A stretch of 64,000 bases of DNA from Eledone cirrhosa (Eukaryota). Within the stretch, counting starts at the first letter, position 1. Each line of letters opens with the position of its first letter. A program made the translations under genes and the position numbers. Positions 42,862 through 57,800 of this stretch are shown here, in pieces. The DNA lies in the NCBI GenBank assembly GCA_964016885.1, contig OZ024741.1, forward strand, positions 270,010,001 through 270,074,000, written 5' to 3'. The notes beneath the pieces were generated by a model, which was not told the DNA's origin, did no database searches, and saw nothing but the letters and a program-made list of their open reading frames with translations.

Positions 42862-43799
42862 TATACACTTTAGAAATTATTATAATAACATTTTTTTTTT
42901 TTTTAAATTAGTTAACCTATAATTAATATTCTACTACTAATGAACTGCATAATTTTATTTCCCTTTTACAGCTATCTTTTCCTAAAATTTATACCAATAA
43001 GTATACATATAATCTATTTTAATTTCAGGTTATGATTCTATATTCCTTATAATCTATATAAATTTGTTATTTCTCACTAATAATTTACCCCCCCACCCCC
43101 CACCCCCCCAATAATTATTATTATTATTTTTTTTATTTTCCCTTCGTTTTAAACAGCACTCTTCAATTACATCTAACTCTTATTTATCATATCTATATGA
43201 ATTAATATAAATTTATCAATATAAATATACCTATCAATTTAATTTATTTATTTTCTTTTTATAGATGTAAATTCCCTATATTTTAAATAACATTGAGATT
43301 TTTCACTAACACATTTATCGAAAAATTTTATTCTCCTTAGATATTTACATTAGTATTATTCTTTTATAACATAAATTTTTCGTGTACCTTTTACCGACTT
43401 GACCTATTTTCATCCCTAAAATAATCTTTTCATTCATCATACTCTTTCCATCAAAACTGAAATCTGCTTTCCTCTACCCCTAAATTAAAGTTCTATTACT
43501 ACTATTCTACCATCTTGACCTCTTACTACCTTTCTATTGGTCAATTCAAAACCTTTTCCCAAACAGACCTATTATATTAAATCTTTGTTGGGTTTTTTCA
43601 ATAAACAAATATCATTATTTCTGAAGACAGCATATATATGTGTAGGTATGTATATTCCCTCTGATAGTTTGTAAAATTTTACATAGATCTATATGATATA
43701 CATACCAACACAAACATATATATCCTAGAAACGATCGTAAAATGATGAATTTTTTAATATAAGGAACTGTTTCTTTGTTTTTATTCATTATTTTTATTA

Positions 43800-43802
<3 letters not shown>
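42862..43802 (+). mobile_element. PLE 3' UTR / pseudo-LTR ending in (TA)n
   Basis: AT-rich region after the ORF, containing a hammerhead, ending at a TA array. Confidence 0.75.
43612..43748 (+). ncRNA. Type I hammerhead ribozyme with ~100-nt stem II domain
   Basis: tcattattt-CTGAAGA-..ggtatgtatat..atatacatacc..-GAAA-cgatcg-TA-aaatgatga (9-bp stem I). Confidence 0.75.
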
Positions 43803-43898
<96 letters not shown>

Positions 43899-44720
43899 TA
43901 CATATATATACATATATATATATATATATTTCTGTGTGTATGTGTGTGTGTGTGTGCGTATATGAACGTTCGTGTGTGTATGTGTGTGAACGTGTGTGTG
44001 TGTGTGTGTGTGAACGTGTGTGGATGTGTGTGTGAACGTGTGTGTGTGCGTGCATATGTTAACGTGCGTGTGTGTGAACGTATGAGTGTGTATGTTTGTG
44101 TTTGTGTGTGAGTGTGGGTGTATTTTTGTGTGTGTTTGTGTGTGAGTGTGTGTGTGTGTATTGGTGTTTCTGTGTGTGTATGTATGTGCATTATACTTTC
44201 CTTTCACTTTAACTAGACACTGTAAAAGGTTATGCATCTATGACAATTAATGTGACAACATAAAAAGACTTCAGAAATACTTTGATTCGGTCGGTCACAT
44301 AGCATGGAAAATACGAGTACATGTATGTATGTATGTATGTATATATGTATGTATGTATGTGTGTATGTATGTATGAATGAATGTATGTATGTATGAATGT
44401 ATATATGTATGAATATCTGTATGTGTGTATCTATGTATGTGTGTATGTATGTATAAAAGTATGTATCTATGTATGTATGTATGTGTGTGTGTACGGATGT
44501 ATGTATGAATGTACGTATGTATGTGTGTATGTATGAATGTATGGATAGCTGGAGGGATATGTATGTATATATGTATGTGTATATGTATGTATATATGGGT
44601 GTGTGTATGTATGTATGTATATGTTCTTCTGGTTTTATAATTTCACAAATTTTTTTGTATGTATGTGTGTATGTATGTAAGTACTTATGTATGTGTGTAT
44701 GTATGTATGTATGTATGTAT

Positions 44721-45340
44721 GTCAGGTCACCAGTTGGTGCTACTGGTAACATGTATCCCACTACAACCTGTCTCATGGTCGGGTCGTTGGCGACTAAACT
44801 GGCAACCCCACCAAGTTTTCTTGGTGAGGAGGGTGACTTTGGACATCCTGCAGGACTAAAAACAAAACCTGTCAAAGGGCAAAGGAGCTCTTGAGAGTCA
44901 ATGGCCATCCAAAATCACCGGGAGATATGACCCCTTAGCCTTTGTCAAGGCAGAATTCTAGGAGAAGGAAAACTCTGATATAACACCTGCAACCCTGATG
45001 GTATCCAATGATGTTGACTTGTTCTTCTTTTTGGTAAATATCATCTTGGTTAAGAGAGTGGGACTGGCTTTGTGCAGTGCCTTTGCTCACTATAAAAGCT
45101 TCACGGCACAGGCATTGCTTTATATCTGGAGATCTCTCTGCACTTGTCGTCACATGGTACCATGGGCCCAGCACTGTGTGTCAATCATTGTCACAAGTGT
45201 AATGTTTGTACTAGAGTTTTCAAGTCGCTGGCTGGACTGAAAAGTCACACTCGTTCAGCGCATCGGTAGGGGTTCTCCTACATGGATATAAAGTAGTGGC
45301 CGTACTCGAAAACGAGTTGGCAGCCACCACCACCATGTAT
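44721..45340 (+). mobile_element. RTE-derived bipartite SINE-like element in a (TATG)n tract
   Basis: Paralog of 30080-30670, slightly longer at the 5' end. Confidence 0.75.
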
Positions 45341-45424
45341 GTATCACAAAGGGCGGAAGAACTCATAAGAGTCAACGGCCATCCAAATATGTGTATATAT
45401 GTATGTACGCATGTACATATATAT

Positions 45425-45780
45425 GCGCGGGGACATAGAAATAGTCAGGTTGGACACCCGAGCGCGCGGTTAAACCACTGGGAGTGAAGGACCCCTAGCT
45501 TTTGTCAGGGCATTCTTCTAGGAGAAGGCAACTTAAGAAACTGGGATAACTCCAACATGAAACCTACGGCCCGGTAGTTACCGATGATGTTGATCTTTTC
45601 TTCTTTTCGGGTTATAGCTATTGTCGCTCAGAGAGTGGGATTGGCTCATTGCACAGTCTTTCTTCACTTTAAAAAAATCTTCACGCACAGGCATTGCATG
45701 ATAGAATTAATTGATAATTATTGATAACGTTATATTGCGCAATGGCCATACTCGATAACGAGGGGGCAGCCATCATGTAT
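45425..45780 (+). mobile_element. Second RTE-derived bipartite SINE-like element
   Basis: gacccctagcttttgtcagggc..ctaggagaagg 5' module; 3' end caatggccatactcgataacgagggggcagccatcatgt identical to 47041-47079. Confidence 0.7.
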
Positions 45781-45879
45781 GTATGTGTGTATGTATGTAT
45801 GCATGTATGTATGTATGTATGTATGCATGTATGTATGTATGATACTTTCGGAAAGCATCATACATACATACATACATAC

Positions 45880-47079
<1,200 letters not shown>

Positions 47080-47128
47080 GTGTATGAATGTATGAAGGGA
47101 TGGATGGATATGTATGTATATATGTATA

Positions 47129-47769
47129 TCTATATATATAAAAGTGCGGATGTGTGGACAACTTTGGACAGCTAAGGCTTTTACAATTCCCAACCGAATT
47201 TGACCAAATTTGCTGTGCACATTCCACCTGTCGCTAAGATGGTCGCATCACAAACATGTTTCAAATGGACCCACGTTGAGCAATAAAAAATCGATTACAG
47301 CTCTGCCTTGACTTCACCTTACTCATTACAAAACATACCAATGAATATGTCATGCAGGATATTTTGGATTATAAGTTCAAAATTTAACTATACACAGCAA
47401 AGGATGCTCTCAAAGAATACATTTTCTCTTATTCTATTCTCATTGTTTTTTTTTGTTTTTTTTTTTTCATACAACTCTGTTTTCATTACAACTTTTTGTA
47501 CTTTAGCAAAACTGCCTGTTTTATTTTACAGATTTGCAACGTGTATTGTCTTTAATGATTTGTATAACTACATCCTGTTCAGTGTTTTCCTTCATTATCA
47601 ACATAGTTTTATGTGTACAAAGATTGCACTAAATAGTCGTTTGCATTAATTATTGAAGACTTCTGCTTATTTTGACAGGTTGGGGACAAATAATTTTCTT
47701 CTTTTACTTCCTAGCTGTATATTCTTAGCATAATTTCAAACCCCGGGCAACGCCGGGTAAATCTGCTAG
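47129..47769 (+). mobile_element. Non-autonomous Helitron
   Basis: a|TCtatatatataaaa ... cccgggcaacgccggg taaatctgCTAG|t. Confidence 0.8.
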
Positions 47770-47959
47770 TATATATATATCTATGTTTATATCTATGCTT
47801 GTATGCATCTATGTAGGTAGTGTGTGTACGTGTGTAGATGTATGCATGTATGTATATATATGTTTGTAGTATGTATGTGTATGTATATGCATTATATATG
47901 CATGTATGTATATATGTGTTTGCATTATGTATGTGTGTATCAATATGTATGTATATGCA

Positions 47960-48145
47960 TTGGATTGTCAGTATCGGTAGAGAGTCGGACGACATGCTTT
48001 GCAGCATAAAGTTACGGCCCTTTATGATCTGATTTCAAATCCCGCCAAGGTTAATTTTGCCTTTCATCCTTACGGGGTCGATAAAATATAGTACCAGTAA
48101 TACACTGGTATAATTGCTAGCTTTGTGCCAAAAACAGAAACAATT
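47960..48145 (+). mobile_element. tRNA-derived SINE family B
   Basis: Same core as 40545 and 49529. Confidence 0.8.
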
Positions 48146-49528
48146 ATATATGTATATATGTATGAATATGTATGTATATGCATTATATATGCTTGTATGT
48201 ATATATGTATGTCTTTATGTATGTATATTTATACGTTATGTATGTGTCTGTAAATGTATAAAAACACGACTGTATTACAAATTTTATCTTTTCTTTTATT
48301 AAGTTTTTTTATATTTATATTTTCCTGAGTTCTTTATAGTTGGTTTGAAATAATAAAGGTGTCAAATCCATCAATATTTCTACATCTTCGTGGTCCTATC
48401 TTCTTGATGAAGTGTTTGATGTTGTGGTGTGTTAATTTTTATTATACAGTGTGACCACAAAAACCCTCCTTGATTTCAAATACTTATAATATGGAAACTT
48501 AAATCAATATTCTTACAGTATCGAGTCAATTCTGCAAATGAGGAAAGAAATGTTGTTAGTTTATGCAACTGTAGCCACCAATATTGTAAGAATATTCATT
48601 TAAGTTTTGATATTATAAGTACTAGCAGAAAAACCACCCTCGGGTGGTTTTCTGCTAACATTTGTAGTGTGCATATTGATATTATACGCAAGTATATATG
48701 CATGTAGATATGGTACATCAAATAAAATCGTAATTGACAATATACACAGAAATTGAAAGAAGACTGCGTTACACTCTCTTATGTAATCAGTAATGTAATC
48801 CATGATACATTAAAAAAAGACGATATTATATATAAACTGCATTAGGAGAAAATTAACAACGGAAATATATGAATGTTTATTTAAGCGAAGTGTTGACATT
48901 TGAAAATTTTAAGGATGTGAATCTTAAAATAAGAAACAAAATTATTTATATTTAATCAAGAATAACGAAATTTAGTAGATAAATTATGTAATATTCATTC
49001 ATTATTTATTCAAAGTAATCCAACTTATTTTACAAACGGGATAAATAAATATATTCTGGACGCAGTCTCGCACTCCTTACTTTATTATAGTTTAGATTTG
49101 GAGTGTTTTTGTGGTCACCCTCTATATTGTACAAGAGCAATCAATTGTTGCGCTGTATGAACCGATATTACGGTTGTTTCTTTTGCACAGTCATGGAATG
49201 TTTGGGATTTTTTATTTTCGTTTTGTCAATTGTAGTATATTGAGTAAGAGCAGCGCCGGATGTATGTACATATGGGTTAAACTGGCTACAGTGCAAGGCA
49301 GAGATGTCGAACCTGCGGCCTTAAGGACCCAACAGTCTTCTATACCATTCTGTACGGCCTTTTGAAAGAATCAAACATTTCCAACAAGTTTTTAATGTTT
49401 ATTCATGTTTTTGTGTAACTCTTATTAATTTGATTTAAACCAGAAGATGGACGTATTTTAAATACTAGAAATTAACAGAAACTTCAAAGAAATAATCCAC
49501 ATTATTTATAATCCGGCATTATTTTTAA

Positions 49529-49712
49529 GGGGCGGTGGATTGGCAGTATCGGTAGAGGGTCGGACACTATGCTTTGATAGAGTTACGCCCCTTGCCATTC
49601 TGAGTTTAAATCGCGCCAAGGTTAACTTTGCCTTTCATCCTTACGGGGTCGATAAAATAAAGTACCAGTAATGTACTGGGTAATTGCTGGCCTTGTGCCA
49701 AAAGTAGAAATA
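49529..49712 (+). mobile_element. tRNA-derived SINE family B (appears full length)
   Basis: ggggcggtggattggcagtatcggtag head, gagtttaaatc B-box-like motif, conserved core. Confidence 0.8.
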
Positions 49713-50505
49713 ATTATTTTTAATCCGGCCTCTAAACTAGTGTCTTTAATACGGCACTGATCCCTATTATTTTTAATCCGGCATCGAAACTAGTGTCTTT
49801 AATACGGGACTAATCCTTATTATTCTTAATCCAGCACTGACCTCTAGTTTCTTTAATCTAACGTTCATCCCTATTATATTTAATCCCTAGTATCATTAAT
49901 CTAGCACTGATCCCTATTACTTTTAATCCAACACCGAACCCTAGTGTTTTTAATCTGGCACTGGTCCCTATTATTTTGAATCTGACACTGACCTCTAGTT
50001 TCTTTAATCCGGCACTCATCCCTAGTGTCTTTAATTCGGCACTCAACTTAATATTTTTAATCCGGCACTGATCTCTAATGACTTTAATCCGGTACTGATC
50101 ACAAGTGTCTTTAATCTGGCAGTCATCCTTATTGCTTTTAATCCGGCACCCATTCTTCTTATTTTTAATCCGGTACTAATCCCTATTATTTTTCATCTGG
50201 CACATATCCTTGTTTTTAATCCGTCATTGATCTCTAACATATCCTTATCATTTTTAACCCGGCAGTCATCTGTTTGTATTTTTAATCCGGATCTCATCCT
50301 TATTATATTTAATCCGGCACTCATCCTAATTATTTTTAATCCGGCACTCATTACTAGTGTCTTTAATCCGGCATTCAACCTTATTTTTAATCTAGTGTCT
50401 TAATTCCGACACTCATCTTTATTATTTTTAATCCGGCACTCAGCCCTTTTATGTTTAATCCGGTACTCATCCTATTATTTTTAATCCGACGCTCATCCTT
50501 ATTTT
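49713..50505. repeat. Degenerate ~30-bp minisatellite
   Basis: Recurring tttaatccggcact(g/c)atcc followed by ctattat or ctagtgtc. Confidence 0.85.
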
Positions 50506-51680
50506 CAATCCCTAAACACCTGAAACCACCTAAACCCCTAATACTACGAAATCACCAAAAGCCTCGAAAGCCCCGAAACCGCCTAAACCCCCGAAACCGC
50601 TTAAATCCATGAAAAACCCTAAACCCGAAACATCTGACACCACCTAACCCAAGAAAACCCCTTAGCCCCTGAAACCACCAAAACTACCGAAACCCCCGAA
50701 ACCGTCGATACCCCCCCAAAACTCCTATACCTGCAAAAACCGCCTATACCCACCAGAAACACCCGAAAACCTCTAAACCGCCGAAGCCCTCCAAACCCCC
50801 GAAACCGCCTGAAACACCGAAACCCCCTAAACCTTCTAAACCCCGAAACCGCCTAAACCCCAAAAATCCCCTAAAACCCCGAAACTGCCTAATCCCAAGA
50901 AAACCCCTAAGACCCTGAAACCCCCTAAACCTCCTAAGCCCTCCAAAACGCCTAAACCCCGAAATCCCGAAACCACCTATATCCTTGAAACCCCCTAAAC
51001 CTCCTAAACCCCTGAAACCGCCTCAACCCTGAAACCGCCTAAATCCCAGAACCCCTTAATCTCCCGAAATCCCTGAAACGCACGAAACCGCCTAAAACCC
51101 TGAGACCCCCGAAACTGCCGAAACTCCCGACACCGCCAAAATCCCCGAAAATCCCGAAAACCCCCTAAATCTCCTAAACTCCCGCACCCACCTAAACCCA
51201 TGAAACAGCCTAAACTCCCGAATATCCCAAAAGACCCAAAACCACCGAAACCGCCTAAACCCCAGCAATCCCCTAAGGCCCCGAAACCGCCCAAACTCCC
51301 TACAACGCCAGGGTATTTGTTGGTTTAGGCGGTTTCAAGAACTAGGGGGTTTTCTGGGGTTAGGCCGTTTCGGAGGGTTCGGGGGTTTAGGCGGTTTCGG
51401 GTGTTTCAGGTTTATGGGTTTTCATAGGTTTAGGCTGTTTCAGTGGTTTCGGGTCTTTCAGCGGTTTATGCGGTTTTAGGGGTTTAGGACTTTTCTGTGG
51501 TTTAGACGTTTCGGGGATTTGGGAGACTTTGGGGTTTAGGGGGCTTCGGAATTTCGGTGGTTTAGGCGGTTTCAGGCTTTTTCAGCAGATTCAGAGCCTT
51601 AGGGAGTTTCGGGGGTTTGGGGTTTTCTGGGTTTTAGTGGTTTCGGGGTTTCAGGAGGTATAGAGGTTTTCGGGGGTTTC
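50506..51680. repeat. Degenerate ~9-bp repeat (CCCCGAAAC/CGCCTAAAC), C-rich then strand-flipped G-rich
   Basis: ccgaaaccgcctaaaccc units to ~51305; ggtttaggcggtttc units from ~51322. Confidence 0.85.
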
Positions 51681-51854
51681 ATCCATTAGAGATCGATATA
51701 AAAAGAACCAATCTAGTACTGGGGTCGATTGTTCCTCTATATCTCTTTCTCACTTCCATTCTCTCATTCTCTCTCTCCTTCTTTGGACGAATGCTGCTGT
51801 ATTCAAACCGGAAGAGGGGATAGTGTTCCGCTACGTTTTAAAATGCCCTAGAAA

Positions 51855-54800
51855 CACTGTATGTCAATACAGTGCCACTACGATTCCTTCAAGAGTTACC
51901 GGTCCTTGCCACAAAACACCGTATGTCAATTCAGTGCCACTACGTCTCCCTCGAGAGTTACGGGACCTTGCCATAAAACAGTGTATGTCAATACAGTGCC
52001 ACTACGACTCCCTCGAGAGTTACGGGACCTTGCCATAAAACAGTGTATGTCAATTCAGAGCCACTACGACTCCCTCGAGAGTTACGGGACATTGCCATAA
52101 AACAGTGTATGTCAATACAGTGTCACTACAACTCCCTCGAGAGTTACGGGACGTTGCCCCAAAACAGTGTATGTCAATACAGTGCCACTACGACTCCCTC
52201 GAGAGTTACGGGACATTGCCATAAAACAGTGTATGTCAATACAGTGCCACTACGACTCCCTCGAGAGTTACGGGACAATGCCACAAAACACCGTATGTCA
52301 ATACAGTGCCACTACAACTCCCTCGAGAGTGACGGGACATTGCCATAAAACAGTGTATGTCAATACAGTGCCACTACGACTCCCTCGAGAGTTACGGGAC
52401 AATGCCACAAAACACCGTATGTCAATACAGTGCCACTACGACTCCCTCGAGAGTTACGGGACATTGCCCCAACACACCGTATGTCAATACAGTGCCACTA
52501 CGACTCCCTCGAGAGTTACGGGACCTTGCCATAAAACAGTGTATGTCAATACAGTGCCACTACGACACCCTCAAGAGTTACGGGACATTGCCACAAAACA
52601 CCGTATGTCAATACAGTGCCACTACGACTCCCTCGAGAGTTACGGGACAATGCCACAAAACACCGTATGTCAATACAGTGCCACTACGACTCCCTCGAGA
52701 GTTACGGGACCTTGCCATAAAACAGTGTATGTCAATACAGTGCCACTACGACTCCCTCGAGAGTTACGGGACATTGCCATAAAACAGTGTATGTCAATTC
52801 AGTGCCACTACGACTCCCTCGAGAGTTACGGGACCTTGCCCCAAAACAGTGTATGTCAATACAGTGTCACTACGACTCCCTCGAGAGTTACGGGACAATG
52901 CCACAAAACACCGTATGTCAATACAGTGCCACTACAACTCCCTCGAGAGTGACGGGACATTGCCATAAAACAGTGTATGTCAATACAGTGCCACTACGAC
53001 TCCCTCGAGAGTTACGGGACAATGCCACAAAACACCGTATGTCAATACAGTGCCACTACGACTCCCTCGAGAGTTACGGGACATTGCCCCAACACACCGT
53101 ATGTCAATACAGTGCCACTACGACTCCCTCGAGAGTTACGGGACCTTGCCATAAAACAGTGTATGTCAATACAGTGCCACTACGACACCCTCAAGTGTTA
53201 CGGGACATTGCCACAAAACACCGTATGTCAATACAGTGCCACTACGACTCCCTCGAGAGTTACGGGACAATGCCACAAAACACCTATGTCAATACAGTGC
53301 CACTACGACTCCCCCGAGAGTTACGGGACCTTGCCATAAAACAGTGTATGTCAATACAGTGCCACTACGACTCCCTCGAGAGTTACGGGACATTGCCATA
53401 AAACAGTGTATGTCAATTCAGTGCCACTACGACTCCCTCGAGAGTTACGGGACCTTGCCATAAAACAGTGTATGTCAATACAGTGCCACTACGACTCCCT
53501 CGAGAGTTACGGGACCTTGCCATAAAACAGTGTATGTCAATACAGTGCCACTACGACTCCCTCGAGAGTTACGGGACAATGCCACAAAACACCGTATGTC
53601 AATACAGTGCCACTACGACTCCCTCGAGAGTTACGGGACATTGCCATAAAACAGTGTATGTCAATTCAGTGCCACTACGACTCCCTCGAGAGTTACGGGA
53701 CCTTGCCATAAAACAGTGTATGTCAATACAGTGCCACTACAAACTCCCTCGAGAGTTACGGGACAATGCCACAAAACACCGTATGTCAATACAGTGCCAC
53801 TACGACTCCCTCGAGAGTTACGGGACATTGCCATAAAACAGTGTATGTCAATTCAGTGCCACTACGACTCCCTCGAGAGTTACGGGACCTTGCCATAAAA
53901 CAGTGTATGTCAATACAGTGCCACTACGACTCCCTCGAGAGTTACGGGACCTTGCCATAAAACAGTGTATGTCAATACAGTGCCACTACGACTCCCTCGA
54001 GTGTTACGGGACATTGCCATAAAACAGTGTATGTCAATACAGTGCCACTACGACTCCCTCGAGAGTTACGGGACATTGCCATAAAACAGTGTATGTCAAT
54101 ACAGTGCCACTACGACTCCCTCGAGAGTTACGGGACCTTGCCATAAAACAGTGTATGTCAATACAGTGCCACTACGACACCCTCAAGAGTTACGGGACAT
54201 TGCCACAAAACACCGTATGTCAATACAGTGCCACTACGACTCCCTCGAGAGTTACGGGACAATGCCACAAAACACCGTATGTCAATACAGTGCCACTACG
54301 ACTCCCTCGAGAGTTACGGGACCTTGCCATAAAACAGTGTATGTCAATACAGTGCCACTACGACTCCCTCGAGAGTTACGGGACATTGCCATAAAACAGT
54401 GTATGTCAATTCAGTGCCACTACGACTCCCTCGAGAGTTACGGGACCTTGCCCCAAAACAGTGTATGTCAATACAGTGTCACTACGACTCCCTCGAGAGT
54501 TACGGGACAATGCCACAAAACACCGTATGTCAATACAGTGCCACTACAACTCCCTCGAGAGTGACGGGACATTGCCATAAAACAGTGTATGTCAATACAG
54601 TGCCACTACGACTCCCTCGAGAGTTACGGGACAATGCCACAAAACACCGTATGTCAATACAGTGCCACTACGACTCCCTCGAGAGTTACGGGACATTGCC
54701 CCAACACACCGTATGTCAATACAGTGCCACTACGACTCCCTCGAGAGTTACGGGACCTTGCCATAAAACAGTGTATGTCAATACAGTGCCACTACGACAC

Positions 54801-57800
54801 CCTCAAGAGTTACGGGACATTGCCACAAAACACCGTATGTCAATACAGTGCCACTACGACTCCCTCGAGAGTTACGGGACAATGCCACAAAACACCTATG
54901 TCAATACAGTGCCACTACGACTCCCTCGAGAGTTACGGGACCTTGCCATAAAACAGTGTATGTCAATACAGTGCCACTACGACTCCCTCGAGAGTTACGG
55001 GACATTGCCATAAAACAGTGTATGTCAATTCAGTGCCACTACGACTCCCTCGAGAGTTACGGGACCTTGCCATAAAACAGTGTATGTCAATACAGTGCCA
55101 CTACGACTCCCTCGAGAGTTACGGGACATTGCCACAAAACACCGTATGTCAATACAGTGCCACTACGACACCCTCAAGTGTTACGGGACATTGCCACAAA
55201 ACACCGTATGTCAATACAGTGCCACTACGACTCCCTCGAGAGTTACGGGACAATGCCACAAAACACCTATGTCAATACAGTGCCACTACGACTCCCCCGA
55301 GAGTTACGGGACCTTGCCATAAAACAGTGTATGTCAATACAGTGCCACTACGACTCCCTCGAGAGTTACGGGACATTGCCATAAAACAGTGTATGTCAAT
55401 TCAGTGCCACTACGACTCCCTCGAGAGTTACGGGACCTTGCCATAAAACAGTGTATGTCAATACAGTGCCACTACGACTCCCTCGAGAGTTACGGGACCT
55501 TGCCATAAAACAGTGTATGTCAATACAGTGCCACTACGACTCCCTCGAGAGTTACGGGACAATGCCACAAAACACCGTATGTCAATACAGTGCCACTACG
55601 ACTCCCTCGAGAGTTACGGGACATTGCCATAAAACAGTGTATGTCAATTCAGTGCCACTACGACTCCCTCGAGAGTTACGGGACCTTGCCATAAAACAGT
55701 GTATGTCAATACAGTGCCACTACAAACTCCCTCGAGAGTTACGGGACAATGCCACAAAACACCGTATGTCAATACAGTGCCACTACGACTCCCTCGAGAG
55801 TTACGGGACATTGCCATAAAACAGTGTATGTCAATTCAGTGCCACTACGACTCCCTCGAGAGTTACGGGACCTTGCCATAAAACAGTGTATGTCAATACA
55901 GTGCCACTACGACTCCCTCGAGAGTTACGGGACCTTGCCATAAAACAGTGTATGTCAATACAGTGCCACTACGACTCCCTCGAGTGTTACGGGACATTGC
56001 CATAAAACAGTGTATGTCAATACAGTGCCACTACGACTCCCTCGAGAGTTACGGGACATTGCCATAAAACAGTGTATGTCAATACAGTGCCACTACGACT
56101 CCCTCGAGAGTTACGGGACCTTGCCATAAAACAGTGTATGTCAATACAGTGCCACTACGACACCCTCAAGAGTTACGGGACATTGCCACAAAACACCGTA
56201 TGTCAATACAGTGCCACTACGACTCCCTCGAGAGTTACGGGACAATGCCACAAAACACCGTATGTCAATACAGTGCCACTACGACACCCTCAAGAGTTAC
56301 GGGACATTGCCACAAAACACCGTATGTCAATACAGTGCCACTACGACTCCCTCGAGAGTTACGGGACAATGCCACAAAACACCTATGTCAATACAGTGCC
56401 ACTACGACTCCCTCGAGAGTTACGGGACCTTGCCATAAAACAGTGTATGTCAATACAGTGCCACTACGACTCCCTCGAGAGTTACGGGACATTGCCATAA
56501 AACAGTGTATGTCAATTCAGTGCCACTACGACTCCCTCGAGAGTTACGGGACCTTGCCATAAAACAGTGTATGTCAATACAGTGCCACTACGACTCCCTC
56601 GAGAGTTACGGGGCATTGCCACAAAACACCGTATGTCAATACAGTGCCACTACGACTCCCTCGAGAGTTACGGGACCTTGCCATAAAACAGTGTATGTCA
56701 ATACAGTGCCACTACGACTCCCTCGAGAGTTACGGGACAATGCCACAAAACACCGTATGTCAATACAGTGCGACTACGACTCCCTCGAGAGTTACGGGAC
56801 ATTGCCATAAAACAGTGTATGTCAATTCAGTGCCACTACGACTCCCTCGAGAGTTACGGGACCTTGCCATAAAACAGTGTATGTCAATACAGTGCCACTA
56901 CAAACTCCCTCGAGAGTTACGGGACAATGCCACAAAACACCGTATGTCAATACAGTGCCACTACGACTCCCTCGAGAGTTACGGGACATTGCCATAAAAC
57001 AGTGTATGTCAATTCAGTGCCACTACGACTCCCTCGAGAGTTACGGGACCTTGCCATAAAACAGTGTATGTCAATACAGTGCCACTACGACTCCCTCGAG
57101 AGTTACGGGACCTTGCCATAAAACAGTGTATGTCAATACAGTGCCACTACGACTCCCTCGAGTGTTACGGGACATTGCCATAAAACAGTGTATGTCAATA
57201 CAGTGCCACTACGACACCCTCAAGAGTTACGGGACATTGCCACAAAACACCGTATGTCAATACAGTGCCACTACGACTCCCTCGAGAGTTACGGGACAAT
57301 GCCACAAAACACCGTATGTCAATACAGTGCCACTACGACTCCCTCGAGAGTTACGGGACCTTGCCATAAAACAGTGTATGTCAATACAGTGCCACTACGA
57401 CTCCCTCGAGAGTTACGGGACATTGCCATAAAACAGTGTATGTCAATTCAGTGCCACTACGACTCCCTCGAGAGTTACGGGACCTTGCCCCAAAACAGTG
57501 TATGTCAATACAGTGTCACTACGACTCCCTCGAGAGTTACGGGACAATGCCACAAAACACCGTATGTCAATACAGTGCCACTACAACTCCCTCGAGAGTG
57601 ACGGGACATTGCCATAAAACAGTGTATGTCAATACAGTGCCACTACGACTCCCTCGAGAGTTACTGGACAATGCCACAAAACACCGTATGTCAATACAGT
57701 GCCACTACGACTCCCTCGAGAGTTACGGGACATTGCCCCAACACACCGTATGTCAATACAGTGCCACTACGACTCCCTCGAGAGTTACGGGACCTTGCCA

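Noticed and set aside
44721-44830. HDV-like ribozyme at the 5' end of the RTE-derived element
   Set aside because: Partial pairings exist (caggt/acctg, gta-tcccac-tac) but I could not build P1.1, P2 and the catalytic C junction by eye; it needs an RNArobo or Infernal search
51004-51294. Gly/Phe-rich 96-aa ORF (collagen- or keratin-like)
   Set aside because: It arises from the 9-bp degenerate repeat; neighbouring repeat frames contain stops and there is no gene context
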